Shown: piece by piece, positions 50,192 to 62,277 of the stretch
Position numbering within the stretch: position 1 is the stretch's first letter
How the letters are laid out: each line of letters starts with the position of its first letter
Assembly (NCBI GenBank): GCA_043228905.1
Contig: JBHGNT010000022.1
Location: 10,106,001-10,170,000, forward strand
Reading direction: 5' to 3'
Source of the DNA: Azolla caroliniana
Lineage: Eukaryota; Plantae; Polypodiophyta
DNA length: 64,000 nucleotides
The notes under the pieces: generated by a model
What the model saw: only the letters and a program-made list of their open reading frames with translations
What the model was told of the DNA's origin: nothing
Database searches by the model: none
Made by a program: the position numbers and the translations under genes

Positions 50192-52270
50192 CACGGTTGC
50201 GCTCGAGTCTTGCACCAACAAGAATGGCAACAACTCTCTATATTAAGTTTGCCCTAAGTCATATTTATACTAATATGACTTTTCGGCTATTTACAAATAT
50301 AGCCCCGATGGACTCTCAGAAACATATTTATGAATATGTCCCTTCATCCGGTGAGCACTTCTCACCGGGCCTTCACCATCCGGCTCTTGCCGGGCACTCG
50401 TCATCCGGTTCTCACCGGGTCTTCCTTGCCGGGTACTCGTCATCCGGTTCTCACCGGGTCTTCCGTTGCCGGGTACTCCACATCCGGATTTGGCCTCGGC
50501 CTAGTTTGCTCGTCAACATTGTTCTTCTCACTTCCCATCCGGAGGGACCCGTTTCCTAACATGAAGAAAGGGAAGGAGCACCTGGTTTGCCGGTTGAAGA
50601 AGAGCCTCTACGGTTTGAAGCAGGCTCCCCGGCAATGGTACCGGAAGTTCGACTCCTTCATGACTGATCAAGGGTACCACAAGATGCAGGCCGATGATTG
50701 CGTATTTGTGAAGAAGTTCGAAGGTGGAGACTTCCTGATACTCTATCTGTACGTGCACGACATGTTGATCGTCGGACGAGACCAAGTCAAGATACAGATG
50801 TTGAAGAAGGCCCTTCACCGGACCTTTTCAATGAAAGACTTTGGTTCGGCAAGACAGATACTGGGGATGCATATCATCCGGGACCGGAAAACGAAGCAAT
50901 TGTGGTTGTCATAGGAGAAGTACATGACAGAGGTGCTTCAACGGTTCAACATGTCAGACGCGAAACCGGTCGGATCGACAAGTCTTTTGGCAAACTGCAA
51001 GCTAGTTGGTAAGAAATGCCCGAAGACAAAGGGAGAGAAGGCAGATATGATGAAGATACCATCAGGAGCTTGATGTACGCAATGGTGTGTACCCGACCGG
51101 ATATTGGATATGCAGTCGGAGTGGTGAGCCGATTTATGAGCAATCCCGGCAAGGAGCAGTGGAATGCGGTAAAATGGATACTCCGGTACTTGAAAGGCAC
51201 CTCAAGTATGTGTCTCCAATTCGGCTATGTCGGCTGACGTAGATACCAGCCGGTCAACATCGGGATATGTTATGATATATGCAAGTGGAGCTGTTTCGTG
51301 GCAGTCGAGGTTGCAGAAGATGGTTGCGTTGTGAACCACGAAGGCGAAGTACATGGCAACTATGAAAGCCAGCAAGGAGATATTATGGATGAAGGACTTC
51401 ATTGAAGAGCTAGGGATCTGGCAAGAGGAATACCGGCTCTATTGCGACAGTCAAAGTGTCATCCACCTTGCGAAGAACGTGGCGTATCATTCCAGAACGA
51501 AGCACATCTAGTGGAGGTACCACTAGATCCGGGAGTGAGTGGAAGATCGAGAGTTCGTGCTGACGAAGATCCATACGGAGGAGAATGGGTTGGATATGTT
51601 GACCAAACTGCCGACACCCGACAAGCTGGATGCATGCCGGAAGCGGATAAGACTGACAAGGCATTCCATGCCGGAGTGAAGGGGGAGTTTGTTAGGATTT
51701 CAGTCCCTCCGGACGGGATATGAGTACTCGCCACTGCAGACCCGGTGACAACCGGATGATGTAGGCCCAATGAGAATGTCTCACCGGATGAAGGGACATA
51801 TATGTAAATATGTTCCAGAGAGCCCACTGGGGCTATATTTGTAAATAGCCCGAAAGTCATATTAGTATAAATATGACCTAGGGTAAACAGAGCATATACA
51901 AGGTTGTTGTCATTATTTTGTATAGGATTATTGGTGTAACTGCTGTATAGAGCGTAGCAGAAGAGAAGTGAGAGAGACAGAGAGGGAGAGAGAGAGTCTT
52001 TGTTGTAACCGCCGCCAGGCGAAGATCGTGAGCACGAGGTCGCTGCCTCTGTGTTTACCTGTTGTATTCCTCTCTGATATAATGATAGTTGGAGTCTGTG
52101 GGCTCCCGTAGTTTTTCCCATTTAGGGTTTTCCACGTAAACATACTATGTACTCTCTTGCTTTATTGTTTTGTGTGTATACGTGCATTTCTCCCTATTCC
52201 CATTTTTTCTGTGGTTGATTCTAAGACTCGGTTGTGGTTGAGCAATATTCCGCATATTCCTGTCAGATAT

Positions 52271-52960
52271 GGTGGCATTTCCATATGCCAACATCCTTGG
52301 TGGAATTAGATACCTCATCACATGTACGAGACCCGACATATGCTTTGCAGCTAACTTCTTATCTCGCTACATGCAAGCACCAAGTCCAATCCTCACCCAA
52401 CACTTGAAGTGCCTATTAAGGTACCTTCAAGAAACTAAGGACTTTGGCATCACCTATTCGGCATGTCATCCATTACCAAAACCATACTTAACTTGCTACT
52501 CGGATGTCGATTGGGGGGGTGATGAAGACACATTACAATCGACATTAGGCTATGTCTATCTTTTATCAAATGGTGCCATTTCATGGCAAAGCAAAAGGCA
52601 ACAAAGAGTCACACTCTCATCAACGGAAGCAAAATATGTAGCAATGATATTGGCACTTAAAGAAGGAATTTGGCTAAAGGATTTCTTGAAGGAAACAACT
52701 TTATTCCTTGATCATCCACTTCTCCTTCGATGTGATAACATGTCAGCCATTATGCTTGCAAAGAACCTCAAACATTCTGAGCTAACAAAGCACATTGCCA
52801 TAAAGCTACAGTTTAGTAGGGAACTTCTACATGAAGGCAATATTCAAATAACTCATGTGCGCACTGAGCAACAATGGGCAGACTTCTTAACGAAGTCTAC
52901 GCAAAAATAAAAACACTACGAAATTTGTAATCAACTAGGATTAAAAGATACATAGTTAAT
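52271..52960 (+). pseudogene. pol: Copia B RT end and RNase H
   Basis: TRPDICFA, YSDVDWGGD, LSSTEAKY, CDNMSAI, ADFLTK. Confidence 0.9.
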
Positions 52961-53190
52961 ATTATCTAAGTTAGGGGGGTGTATTAGAATATAAGTTAAA
53001 TAATAATGTTAATAATAAATATAATAACTGTCTTCCGAGTGACATTCACCAAGAAAGGCTTCAACTAGCTTATATAGTTATAAATAGGCCTCTAGACCTA
53101 TAGTTGTAACATGGCGTTTTTATATAATAAACGATTTACACTTTCCCTCACTCTCTCTCTCTCTCTTGTCTCTCTTTTCTCTTCTCAACA

Positions 53191-54540
53191 ATGACCATGG
53201 CCGGCAGTTCCCAAAGTTGTCATTGAAGCTCGGCGATTCTGGCTTCTCAAGCTTGCCAGAGCTCCATCACGCATTTGGATTGTTTGCGTGCTTGTCTACT
53301 ACTAGAGGCCATATCCTTAGCTACACGGGTCGTCTTTTCCAATTCTTCGTATACTTCGACTAGGAAGGTATTAAGTTCTTGCAACTCAATGAGTAGGTGG
53401 CTGCTTCGATTGTGACACTTTCGACCGATTTGTTGTACGACAGCCTCTTCCTCGCTTCTAGGTTGCCGGCTATAGCTCTCTGTACCATAGCCCTATCCGT
53501 GTGTTCCTTCACCATGCGTGCTGCGGCCGCTACTTGTAGTCGAACAAGGAAATCGATAAGCTCGAAAGAAGTGCCGTGACGCAAAATGGCGCAGAGCTTG
53601 AGAGCTTACGGAGGCAGATCGGGAAAGGTCAACATTGTATCCTTCGTCATATGAGATGGATGGTCCGCCTACAATTTCCCTATGAGAGAGAGAGCCGCAT
53701 CCGGGATGATGACCACCATTTTGTTGAGTGCAACTACCAGTGGCAGGTCATCCTCAGTGGTGTGTACCCTTTCCTTTGCTTCATTGTGCCGTTGCACACG
53801 ACGACATTTCTTGGATTGGCTGAATCTAGCTGCCGAGTCCTTTTGGCCTCTATGTCCTTTCAAAGCCGTTTCTTGGTTTCTTTGGAGGGATGCTGGGTCT
53901 CGTCCCTTATATCTCGACGAGTCCTTGTTAGTACCAGCTTGTGCTCATCCACCAAAAACTTAGGCATGGGCTTGCTTCGCCTGTGAATTTTGAAGTCTTC
54001 GGCGGTGTTGTGTAGGAATTTTGCAAGTTCTCGAAACAACTCATCCGGTCTGCCCTGCCTTGTCCGAACCTGCCTTGGTGATGGTTTCGGTGCGAATTTG
54101 CAAGAAAATCTCCTACGTTCGAATGGGAGGCATGTCTGAGACTTTGAGATAACCACCAAGGCCATGCCTATTCAGCCGGAAATCTCCTACGCTTCGGATG
54201 GGAGGCATGTCTGAGACTTTGAGATAACCACCAAGGCCATGCCTATTCAGCCAGGTGCCGAGCTTAGCAGAAACTTCAATAGGCATAGTGATTCCCGCGT
54301 CTATTTTGGGGGAATGTAGAGGTAGGGTGCTTTTGTGCAGAGAGCGAGAGGGTGATGAGCTTCGTTGGAGACCTTGGAAGGTCTGAGCTTCTATTGTCTC
54401 TTCTTTCCGGGAAATGACTCTGTGCCTCTGTGGAAGCTTTTTTTGTAGGCACTATGTTTCTGGATGCGTGGTTGTCTATCCTAGATTCAGAATCTTCCTT
54501 GCCATTACGTGGTGTTAATGCCATGCATTACCTGCACTTG
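53191..54540 (-). pseudogene. Degenerate reading frame(s) of unknown identity, possibly the upstream part of 9653-10480
   Basis: Minus-strand ORF fragments 53360-53584, 53669-53863, 53860-54165, 54276-54524; no recognisable domain. Confidence 0.35.
54105..54252. repeat. Tandem duplication, two copies of ~74 bp
   Basis: AAATCTCCTACG...GCCTATTCAGCC repeated directly. Confidence 0.9.
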
Positions 54541-55317
54541 CTCTTCTTGATCTTGGTGCATGTGCATGCATTTTAAATACATTCATGGTGGGTTTTTTTT
54601 TTCCATAATTACACCTAATACACAAGTTTAGGGTAGGTAGAATTGCTACCATGAAGGGTGGTTAGCCAACTTTTGACCTACCACTATCGGGTCGTGGTTT
54701 CGCATTTTGTTAGAGAAGGGATTTGGAGGTGTGGTCTCGAGATAGGTTTTCATTTGGAATGCATTGACCGATTTTGGCATGACTTAGCTCGCTAAAGTAC
54801 CGAGTTTGTACGTTCCGTTGAATTGATCGACGATCTAGAAGCATTCAGTCTAGCGAAATTGGAGTTTTCCCGGCATACCTCCGAGTCGAGTGTGGAAAAA
54901 CAACACTGCATTGCCAATCCCAAATAGTTGCTCATTGCTTTGTGTTGGGAAACATGTCCCTCCGGATGGGAAGAGAAGGACTGTGTTGTTGAGCGAAACT
55001 AAAATTGGAAACCGAAAACGAAATCAAAATCGGATATTGTAATTGAAATTGAAATTGAAAACCGAAATCGTTTCAAAAGACTATAATTGTAAATAGTCTA
55101 AACTACCTCCTGGGGGCTATACTTGTAAATAGACAAAAAGTTGCTTTGCTTTATAAGCAACTAGGGAAAACTTTATGTTAGCAGTTAGTTGATCATTATT
55201 GTAAAGTTAGAATGAGGTATTTGCCTCTGAAATTGTGAGTGAGAGAGTGAGAGTGTAACTTTGTAGCCGTCTCTTAGATGAAGGAGAACTCAAGGTCGTT
55301 GTCTCCGAGTTCCTTAT

Positions 55318-55935
55318 TGTGAAAGTGTTTTTAGAATTCAAGGTATTGAAGTCTACAAAAATATAAGGCATGGATCATTCACACCCGAAGGCCAAGAACA
55401 CGAGCTAAGGTTTCAAGTATAGGTCAAACTAAAAGCAAGAAAGATGGAGAAAAGTAAAAGAAGGAAAAAGCAGACCACCAAAAAGCAGTCAGAAACAAAC
55501 GCTCATAACTCTCTCGTTTGACACCCAAATATACGTGTAAATATGGGTTAGAAAGCTTATGACGAGAGCTATCCGTAACTTTTTAAAACTCTAAATTTGG
55601 AGCATGGACGAGGGAGATATGACGATTTGAAGATTGTTGTGTCATAGATAAGAATAGGACTCGATGAAAACTCTAAAAAAAGCATAAAAAAGAAAGCAAG
55701 GGAAGCTTATCCAGTGGAAGAGAGCTTTATATAAAGGAAGAAGAGTAAGGTGGTGTAAGAGGGTCTCTTTCTTGTGGTGATTTCTTTACAATTTATGTAG
55801 TGTTGTTCTTATCAATAGATACTTGTAGTTGTATCTTCTTTCTATATATTCCTTCTTTCATGATCAATAGATCTTTGTAGATTTGGGTTTCTATATCTTC
55901 CTTCTCTCTCTTTTCTTTCATCATCTCTCTTTTCA
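55318..55935. mobile_element. Solo LTR L inside the J 5' LTR
   Basis: TG...CA ends; TSD CTTAT at 55313-55317 and 55936-55940; the empty site is visible in the J 3' LTR near 63970. Confidence 0.85.
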
Positions 55936-56980
55936 CTTATTTGTACTTCCTCTCTACTATAGCGATTTGTTTTCTCAGGGTTTGTGGACCCCCGTGGTTT
56001 TTCCCATTTCGGGTTTTCCATGTAAAATATCAGTGTCTCTATGTCTTCACATTTTTCTGTCTGCGTACTAGTATTTGGTTTCTGCACAGGAATACGAATG
56101 TGAAACCGGATGTAGCCGGTCGATTCCCACCAAAGTGGTATCAAAGAGATGAAAGACTCGTTCGGCGGCATGTTGAAGCTAACCGGCTCCGACTACTTAG
56201 TGTGGAAGTTGAATATGAGAGACATACTCGTGTGGAAAGACCTCTAGCTGTCGGTGTAGTTCGGAGATAAAAGACCAGACAAGATCGATGTAGCGACTTG
56301 GGAAGTGTTGCATCTGGAAGCGGTCGCATACATAAGGTGTTTTGTAGACATGAGTCTATACAACAACTTCGGCGAAGAAATAGATGCAAGTGTCCTATGG
56401 AAGACGATGGGCGTCATGTTCAAAAATAAGAACGTCGTGAACTGAGTGTCAATATTTCGAAAAATCGTGAGCCACTGTTATCATGATGGCTCTAGTATGG
56501 TGGAGCACATCAATGGCTTCCAAGGATTTATGAACCAAACCATCTCTCTAGATGTACCTCTGGCCAACGAGGTATTAGCATTATTGTTTTGGGGATCCCT
56601 TCCGGATAGCTGAGAGACGCTCGTTGTCACTTTGGGCAACGCCGGGCCGGAAGGGAAACATCTATCCCTAAAGCAGGTGAAGTCGAGCTTGTTGAATGAA
56701 GGAACTCGTTGGAAGGACTGTGAATCCAATACCAACCAGAAGGCCTTAATCACGGAAGGTGACATGATTCGGGGAAGAGGTCGAAATCGAAGTCCCCAGA
56801 ACCGAGATAAGTTGGGAACCAGGTCGAAGTCGAGGGGGAGACCCACGTGCTTCTATTGTGGGAAGCCGGGGCACTTCCAGAAAAACTTCCAACACTTTTG
56901 AAAGGAGAAAGGGGGAGTTGATGGTGTATAGCCAAAGATAATCCCAGACAGTAAGAACACCTCAACAATCACTGTGAGTT

Positions 56981-59900
56981 AGGTCTAGGTGTACTTCGGG
57001 GTCCTCGTAATAGGACAAAAAGAGCCGAAACCGCATACGTGGGCACAAAAACATAGTTTATTGTTAACATGTTTTTCGTGTTTAAACTATTCATGACTCA
57101 AACATACATGGTTGAGCCTCGGGGAGCTACCATGAAAAAATCGATATAGAGATCAGGGGAAGCCATTCATTTGTCACCCCCATGGTTTTTAAAACACCTT
57201 TGTGTTACCATAATAACCTGATCTTTAACTTTATCTCATACGTCTAGAGGGGTATTAACGTGAGATCATGATATCGATTAATGTTGGCCCATGATTGTCA
57301 TGAAGATAACATTTTGGTTATCAAGAATCGAACCTACGACTTCTTGGTCTATGTGTTGAACCCTTAACCATTGTAATAATATATATGTTGTGTGATTATA
57401 ATAATTATGTTTCTAGTTATTACAAGATATTAGAATATTCTAGAACATTCTAGAACATTCTAGATTATTCTAGAACATCCTTTAATATTTCATGATTATA
57501 TTTCTTATCATAAAATCTAAAATATTCTAGAACATTCTAGATTACTCCATAAGGACCTATAAATAATTGTCTATACATTCGTTTCAACTCATTCGGTTCA
57601 AACTGTCGAGACTCGTGGGTAGAAGATAGAGTGAGAGCGAAAGAGAGAGGGTGTGTGTGTGTGCGTGAGAGAGAGAGAGTGAGACAGATAGAGTGAGAGA
57701 GAGAGTCAGAGAGAGATAAGACTTGAAATAGAAATGAGATTATATTATGATGAAACAAGATTACAATGAGTAGGCTAAGGGCTAAAGACATTCTAGAACA
57801 TTCTAGATTATTCTAGAACATCCTTTAATATGTCATGATTATATTTCTTATCATAAAATCTAAAATATTCTAGAACATTCTAGATTACTCCATAAGGACC
57901 TATAAATAATTGTCTATACATTCTTTTCAACTCATTCGGTTCAACACCAGTCTTTAGCCCTTAGCCTACTCATTGTAATCTTGTTTCATCATAATATAAT
58001 CTCATTTCTATTTCAAGTCTTATCTCTCTCACTCTCACTCTCACACACACTCTCTCTCAGTCTCTCTCTCTCACGCACACACACACACACTGTCTCTCTT
58101 TCGCTCTCACTCTCGCTCTCACTCTATCTTCTACCCACGAGTCTCGACAATGATATGTTCACATCATGACATGATGTTATGACTATTTTTTTGACCTTAT
58201 CCTATTTCTTTGCCAGAAATAATCATTCATTGGCTCAGAATAACGACCCGATGTCATCCGCTCAAGCAGAAGGAACTCAAGGAAATCCTCCTGGACTAAT
58301 GTCCATTGAGTCGTATTTTTTACAAATAAAACATTTCCTTAGTTCAACAGTTCATCATATGTCCAAACTTTGGCAATCTTAAAGTGTTCTCGAGGCACGT
58401 GTCATTAGTTTACAACGTGACACTAATAGACCTGATGAGCGTCAGGGTGAACCATCATTTATCGTAAAGCCATTTACGGGAGAAAAAAAGGAAAGAACCG
58501 AAGAATCAATCTGCACGTGGCTAGGCCAATGGGAGTCTTATTTTGAGCTCTATCCCATGCCAGATAGTACGAAGATTTCATATGTCAGCCGAGAACTAGG
58601 GGGTAAGGCGGCCGCCTAGTGGCGTGTGCTCTGAACTTTGGGGAAATTGCCCGATACCTAGACAGATTTTGTCACAGTTTTCAAGGGCCAATTTCTGCAT
58701 CTCCCTCTCAAACCGAAGCATCACAAGCTTTAATGAACCTCTCTAGCAGGAAGTTTTCCTCGCTACAAGACTATGTCCACCATGCTAGAACCTAAATCCA
58801 AAAATCGGGTCTAGAAGGGGACAATTGGTTAATAACTTGTTCTGTCAATGGCATCCCCAATTCAGACTATCACTGGATAGTGCACGATAACGATTCAAAA
58901 TCCTCTGAAGAGGCTGTTGAAATAGTTCTTCGCTATCAATGCACTTCGAAGGACCATAACAAACCCAACGAAGCGCCCGGGACTAAGCTATCGCAGTTCG
59001 CTAGAAAACGCAAGACACCCAACGAGTTCATGGATCGCAATTGTAAGCGACAACATCCTTTTTGCGTATTCTGCAAAAAGAAACACCTTTGTGTTACCAT
59101 AGTAACCTGATCTTGAACCTCATCTCATACATCTAGAGGGGTATTTACGTGAGATCATGATATCAATTAATGTTTGCCCATGATATGTTGCATCACGACA
59201 TGATGTTATGACTATTTGTTTGACTTTATCCTATTTCTTTGCCAGAAATAATCATCTAATGGCTCAAAATAACGACCCGATGTCATCCGCTCAAGCGGAA
59301 GGAACTCAAGGAAATCCTCCTGGACAAATGTCCATTGAGATGTATTTTTCGCAAATAACCCAATACCTTAGTTGCACTGCTCAACAGATGACCGAACTTA
59401 GTTGCTACCATCAAATTCGTATAAGTGAGGATGATGTTCCTAAAACGACATGTCGTACGCCTTATGGCCATTACGAGTTTTTGGTTATGCCTTTTGGTTT
59501 GACCAATGCTCAAGCCACATTTCAACTAGAAATGAATGACATTTTCTGAGAACAACTTGGAAAATTCATCCTTATTTTCTTGGATGATATTGTAGTTTAT
59601 AGGAAAACATTAGAAGAACATGCTAAACATCTCCGCTTTATTTTACAAACATTGCGTGACAAGCAATTCTACATGAAGATCTCAAAATGCAAGTTCTCCA
59701 AGAAATTAATTACTTATCTTGGACATCTCATAACTGAACGAAGAGTTGAAATTGATCCTTCTCGCATCGAGAAAATCAAACTTTGGCCCACTCTTCGGAA
59801 TATTCAAGAAGTTTAGGTTTTGTCGGGTTTTTGAGAAAATCCCTTCGTAATTACTCCCAATTCACGACGTTGTTTATTGATATTTTGAAAGGTGAAAGGT

Positions 59901-62277
59901 GTAAGTCTACAAAACCTATTGTGTGGAATGCTACACTAGATCTCGCCTTTAAGGAACTCAAGGATGTGGTGTGCAATGCTCCTTCGCTTCTTTTACCTGA
60001 TCCTTCACAACCTTTTGAAGTTGAAACTGATGCAAGGGATTATGCTATAGGTGTTGTCTTATATCAAGATGGTAAACCAATAACATTCGAGAGTAAGAAA
60101 CTTGCTTATGCTCAATCTCGGTATACGGTTCAAGAAAAGGAATTACGCGCTCAAAACATGGCACCATTATCTTTATGGATATGGTTTTGTGGTAACTACA
60201 GACCATGATTCCTTGAAATATTTCTATGACCAACAAGACCTGAAAGGTCTTATGGGACGATGGGCTGATCTCATCCAAGACTTTGATTTTTCCATATGAT
60301 ATCGTAAAGGTTCCATGAACGTTGTCGCTGATGTACTAAGTCGCATCCATGAAGTTAACATGCTTAGCTTCATTGAAATAACATCAGATCTTTATGATCA
60401 CCTTCGAGGAAAGTATCCTTATGACAATTATTTTGTGAAATACTGGGCAAGAGTTGAGCCTGGAACAAACACCAACACATCCTCGAAGCAATCCTTCCAC
60501 ATTGCTAATGGTCTGCTCTACCGTAATGGGAAGGTTTGTGTTCCAGATTTTCTTGACGTCAAAAAGAGAATTGTTTTTGAATGCCATGATGCACCCTCAG
60601 TAGGGCACCCTGGAATACATCATACACTCGTTCTCATCTCCACTCAATTCTATTGGCCTAAGATGCGTCCTGACATACATAACTATGTGACTAAATGTCA
60701 CCAATGTTAGGTTAACAAAGCCGAGCGACTTAAAGCCGCTGAACTTTTACATCCCTTGGAAATTCCCAATAATAAGTGGGAAAGTATATCCATGGATTTT
60801 ATTGTCAGCCTTCCTCGCACCCAAAAAGGTCATGATGCCATTTGGGTTGTGGTTGATAGACTAACTAAAATGGCCAGATTTATTGATAGTAAAACCAGGG
60901 TAACAACTCCTGAATTGGCTTACCAATTCGTTGACGAGTTATTTCGTTTTTATAGGTTACCGATGGATATCGTGAGTGATCAAGATCCAAAGTTCACTAG
61001 TGACTTCTGGACGACGGTCTTTAAGAAGTTAGAAACTATGTTGAGCATGAGCTCCACAGATCATCCTCAATCCGATGGACAAACAAAATGACTAAATCAA
61101 ATTATTGAGGACATGCTTCGAGCATACGTTGGTGCAAAAACAACAAAATGGGAATGTTATCTCCCAAGTTTGGAGTTTGCTTATAACATCTCCAAGCATA
61201 CGTCGACAAGATATAGTCCTGTTATGTTGATGTATGGTTTCAGCCATGAGCCCCGATTGATGTTAATATACATCATGATGAACTATTGCAAAGTACGTAA
61301 AACTTTCTTTGGGATATGCAAGATATGTTGCATATTTCACGAGATAATATAAAACAACTCAAGATAGAGCGTGTTTTTACGCCGATCATAATAGGCAACC
61401 TCGTGTATTCAACCCTAAATAAAAGGCATTTTTACGCGTACCTCACAATTCAAAGACATTGTCTATGGGTAAATGCGCTAAGTTAGCCCCACGGTTTTGT
61501 GGACCTTTTCAAGTCCTCAAATGCATTGGTTCATCAGGCTATCGTCTCGCTCTTCCCGATGACGTTGAAATTCATCTAGTTTTTCATGTAAGTCGTCTAA
61601 AAGAACTTCTAGGTTCTGGCAACAATACAGTTACAATTGAAACTCTGGCTACTTCTGAAGAATTATCTTCTAAACCACATGTCCATGTCAAAAAAAAAAA
61701 TCTGAGAATTTAAAATTAAATGGATGGATAAATCTATCAAAGATGCAACATGGGAACGCAAAAATACTCTTAGAACTAACTTCCCTAACTTTCCATTGCA
61801 AGAGTGCAATGTTTTAAAGAGGGGGAGTATGTTACGGGTGTGACCATATAATATCCCGTGGTGAGAAGATACCGTAGTATTCTCTACACGTGGATAAGTG
61901 TGAGGGTTAAACGAGAGTGTAAAGAAGGGGAGGATTACTTTTAATCCTCAAGATTGAGACAACCCATTAGCCCAAGTGTGAACTTGCCTGGGGGCTTTGG
62001 GCATCGCTATAAATATGAGGCCTAGCTACCCTCATTTCATTATCTTTTGACTACGTCGAGACTCTGACGTTGTGGTGGGTCATCTCTTGTAGCGAGCGCA
62101 ACAACACTAGGTACAACTCGATGCCACGACGGTGGTATGGAACGCCGATCGAGGCTCGAGTCTATCTCGATCCCTTCTCTCGGGGGTGGATCGGCACCCA
62201 TCTTTCTCTCTCTTCTTTCTTATGTTTATCTATATTTTATCTTTATCATATGCTTACGTTAGACCATAACTCTAACA
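56981..62277 (+). mobile_element. Degenerate Gypsy (chromovirus-like) element K; 5' LTR lost
   Basis: gag remnant ~58250-59080; [48 protein letters not shown]; chromodomain-like FKIKW..ATWE near 61710; PPT AGAGGGGGAG; LTR 61830-62277. Confidence 0.88.
57296..58149 (+). mobile_element. Rearranged LTR-only insertion M related to the G/H LTRs
   Basis: TGTCA...CGACA ends; TSD ATGAT; empty site preserved in the duplicate near 59180; structure is U3 + inverted U5-R + partial U3-R-U5. Confidence 0.9.

Larger units (their letters stand above)
17721..50561 (-). mobile_element. Tork/Tnt1-like Copia element D, inserted in the RT of C
   Basis: LTRs 17721-18450 and 49821-50561; PBS complement GCTCTGATACCA 49806-49817; TSD TGAAG at 17716-17720 and 50562-50566; coding pieces 49649-49790, 45829-46161, 38579-39933, 18461-19936. 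Confidence 0.95.
14307..52265 (+). mobile_element. Tork/Tnt1-like Copia element C, degenerate
   Basis: LTRs 14307-14867 and 51690-52265 (visibly diverged); PBS TGGTATCAGAGC (tRNA-iMet) 14871-14882; PPT GAAGGGGGAG; TSD GATAT at 14302-14306 and 52266-52270; coding 14898-17720 and 50567-51678. Confidence 0.95.
10490..53190 (+). mobile_element. Copia element B, outermost confirmed layer of the nest; 5' LTR and PBS missing
   Basis: gag-PR-IN-RT at 10577-14306 resumes as RT end and RNase H at 52271-52960 across TSD GATAT; PPT TTAGGGGGGTG then short LTR ~52982-53190. Confidence 0.88.

Noticed and set aside
49948-50559. ORFs within Copia LTRs (also 14520, 20620, 31215, 51459)
   Set aside because: Produced by microsatellite and repeat sequence; frames are not conserved between LTR copies
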